NCBI RefSeq assembly: GCF_002571385.2
Contig: NW_019218057.1
Span: forward strand, 354,995 to 418,994
DNA length: 64,000 bases
Reading direction: 5' to 3'
Source: Stylophora pistillata
Taxonomy: Eukaryota
The notes beneath the pieces are model-generated. The model was given only the letters and a program-made list of their open reading frames with translations. It ran no database searches and was not told where the DNA came from. The stretch's first letter is position 1. Each line of letters starts with the position of its first letter. The translations under genes and the position numbers were made by a program. Below are positions 62,401 to 64,000 of the stretch, in pieces.

Positions 62401-63898
62401 ACTATAATAAGCAACTAGCGCAAGGACCGGTAGGCCGGAGCCACAAGTACTGATTTGTATCTTAGATGCCGCAGACGGTGAAAATCATTTTAGAATGTAC
62501 TTTTGTATTGTGAATCGTCATCGCCCGTCATCGCCGAAATCTTCAACGTCCTAGGAAGCTAATAATATTCTTGACTTTCCTAATTTGTCGCCGCTGACCA
62601 CCCTAGATAGTCGGGTGATATCTACAATTTTTAGTTTTTATTTGCCATAAAAGTTTGGCACTGTGGGGGAACAGTCAAATCACTGATTGTCCGAAGATTT
62701 TCCCGTCAATGTGAAAACCAGGCTTAAAGCTTCAGCTTGGCCATGTTTACTTTGCTGTAGGTATGGAGGCCTTTAAGTTTCTTAATATTCCATCCCAAGT
62801 GTTAAGTGGATTCCTAGGCATGAACATTGATTTCAACTGTTCAACGAATGACCCATATGCAACAGTTCAGCTTTTCCACTCAAAAGACTTTGCAACATAT
62901 ACGGAAAGGACTTTGTCTCCTGAGAAACTTCACCTGAACAAACAAGTTTTTACACTGTTAAACCTTGATGTAAAGGATGCTGGACAATATATATGTAAAG
63001 CAACAGAAGGACAACAAACCATTGAATGGCCAAGCTCGCATGGATTGCTCTTCCTTTCTCGAGGTAGGTGGAACACAAGTACATGTACAATATATCTTAT
63101 ATTATATATTTTTTTGCAATTTTAAACCTAGCGGTAGCCATTAGAAACTTAAGTGCAGTGTTCATTAGTGTTTCACCATACAACCTGTTCAATGTCTGGA
63201 ATGGCCATACAGGAGTTTCTCTTTCCTCAGAAAACCTTATTCAAGTTTAGAATAAAGGTGTCAAGGGAAATATAATTATGCAAGTTATTTCTGTTTGAAT
63301 TCACATCATATTCCCAAAACGTATCGTTTAAGGAATGCTTAGCAGACTGTTTGGTGAGCTGATATTAGATCTTTGGGGTAAATGGGTTAATTCTCCAGTG
63401 ACATTGCATGAAATTCATGAGGTTCGTAAGACTAAAATGGTATGTCTTTTGCAAGAGTTATTACTGACTAAAAGCATTTTACTTAAATGAACTCTAAAGT
63501 AAACAACACGTTTAACTAAAAAAGTCAATAGGGTGTACAGTTTTGACGGTGTTGACGAACATGTCATTTAAAAGTGCTTTGTTTTCTTACAGGAAAATTG
63601 CCAGATATTATCCTTGATCCACCAAGACCAATTATTGTACAGCGAGGTCAAACTGGAAATGTCACATGTCAAACTGTTGGTTGGTCAGTCAGCAAACTGC
63701 TTTGGAAAAAGCGAAGTAACTCTGGTGACCAAACTGTTCCAGACAGCAAAGTTGTACATGTTATAGATAAAACTGAAAACATGGTAAAGGCAGTGCTTAC
63801 TCTCACTAATGCTCAAACTCAAGATAGCGGTGAATATAAATGTGTGCTGACGGCTTTCAACAAACAGGATTATAAAATTGCCAATATACGTGTGGATG
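50424..63898 (+). CDS. Multi-exon, probably secreted, tandem-Ig protein (signal peptide + A-B-A-A-B...), 3' end probably beyond the window
   Basis: Phase-1 exons 50424-50490 (MECNFLVVCFISMFTFLLPSRP, joining GVEA|LKF), 53389-53691, 54632-54937, 56453-56755, 62761-63063, 63593-63898; TATAAAA near 50196. Confidence 0.8.
51338..52386. mobile_element. Non-autonomous Kolobok-type element in intron 1
   Basis: TTAA|GGTGGCTGGTACTAG ... CTAGTACAAGCCACC|TTAG (14/15 TIR match; one TSD mutated). Confidence 0.78.
52890..53355. mobile_element. Old MITE co-duplicated in every tandem unit (also ~55288-56418 and ~62245-62726)
   Basis: Inverted arms GGAAAATTCCCGACAATC..ACTGTTTCCC / GGGAAACAGT..GATTGTCCCGGGATTTTCC; right end ATGTGAAAACCAGGCTTA. 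Confidence 0.6.
53389..53691 (+). CDS. Exon A1, Ig domain (303 bp)
   Basis: VNCSTNDPYATVQL..DSGQYKC; TAG| acceptor and |GTAGG donor. Confidence 0.9.
54128..54522. mobile_element. tRNA-Thr-like retroelement: more than one unit on the minus strand plus an inverted partial unit
   Basis: 13-bp TSD TAAATGAAGTTTA at 54115-54127 and 54523-54535; empty site in the paralog at ~63484. Confidence 0.92.
54632..54937 (+). CDS. Exon B1, Ig domain (306 bp)
   Basis: NVTCQT..LLWKK..DSGEYKC. Confidence 0.9.
55483..56130. repeat. 25-bp minisatellite (GAGGAACAGTGGGCACAGAGGACCA) with an orientation switch at ~55695
   Basis: Purine-rich units followed by their reverse complement; absent from the paralogous introns. 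Confidence 0.92.
56453..56755 (+). CDS. Exon A2, Ig domain (303 bp)
   Basis: Near-identical to A1 and A3. Confidence 0.88.
56794..58277 (+). mobile_element. Six head-to-tail 247-bp units, each with a tRNA-Thr(AGT)-like core, flanked by a ~21-bp TSD
   Basis: Unit starts at 56794, 57041, 57288, 57535, 57782, 58029; ATCTTATGTTATGTATTATTT at 56775-56795 and 58283-58303; single copy at the empty site ~53711. Confidence 0.93.
56849..56921 (+). pseudogene. tRNA-Thr(AGT)-like core (first of the six array copies; further copies near 35865, 54200 and 61765)
   Basis: Acceptor stem GGCTTGT/ACAGGCC, D arm GCTC/GAGC, A and B boxes, loop CTAGTAT; T-stem AGTGG/CCCGT mispaired; a T7 run follows. Confidence 0.75.
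58488..61630 (+). mobile_element. L2/CR1-group LINE, 5'-truncated ORF2 (APE endonuclease + RT), inactivated
   Basis: AITETW, MGDFNIH, GHTLDL, SDH (endonuclease); LLDLSAAFDTVDH, GVPQGSCLGPLLF, YANDT (RT); SRLDYCNS; 3' stem-loop and (TAT)n tail; stops and frameshifts. Confidence 0.95.
60478..60593 (-). mobile_element. 116-bp solo LTR (TRIM-like) nested in the LINE RT
   Basis: TG...CA ends, 5-bp TSD GGCCG, AATAAA on the minus strand; removing it restores the frame FRPGDDDAQDVAHRAMEVC. Confidence 0.85.
61641..61987 (-). mobile_element. 1.4 units of the 247-bp tRNA-like element
   Basis: Reverse complement of the array unit; TSD AATCATATT at 61632-61640 and 61989-61997. Confidence 0.9.
62761..63063 (+). 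CDS. Exon A3, Ig domain (303 bp)
   Basis: Near-identical to A2. Confidence 0.88.
63593..63898 (+). CDS. Exon B3, Ig domain (306 bp)
   Basis: Near-identical to B1; followed by a GTAAG donor. Confidence 0.88.
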
Positions 63899-64000
63899 GT
63901 AAGCTGTNNNNNNNNNNNNNNNNNNNNNNNAAAGCAGCATTACGTAGCATTCTTATTAACTGACCACTAAGTTTTGTAGTCCGCGTGAAGCCATTGCTAT

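Overview
Eukaryotic, AT-rich, repeat-dense animal DNA. The repeat families and gene types suggest a stony coral or other anthozoan (inference). Left half (3.7-30.7 kb): a cluster of five class A neuropeptide-receptor-like GPCR loci with intronless coding regions (three intact, two frameshifted; two come from a local segmental duplication). Inside the cluster sits a bacterial-type Ntn hydrolase (choloylglycine hydrolase/penicillin V acylase family) with a signal peptide, an exposed Cys1 and a C-terminal RDEL. Right half: two head-to-head multi-exon genes for apparently secreted Ig-superfamily proteins, built from phase-1 exons. The minus-strand gene (~1750 aa) has 4 DCC/neogenin-like Ig domains, a 584-aa Ser/Thr mucin exon and 7 VEGFR/PDGFR-like Ig domains, with no TM segment seen. 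The plus-strand gene is a signal peptide plus tandemly amplified copies of the same two-Ig module, and probably runs off the window. Mobile DNA: a Kolobok transposon (THAP transposase plus a P2X7-ballast-like second gene), a non-autonomous Kolobok, L2 and RTE-X-like LINE remnants, a 116-bp solo LTR, MITEs, Helentron-like elements and Penelope-type hammerhead fragments. A tRNA-Thr-like ~247-bp unit has inserted four times as TSD-flanked multimers or inverted copies. Assembly gaps lie at 47252-48084 and 63908-63930. All alignments and family assignments were made by eye, with no database searches.
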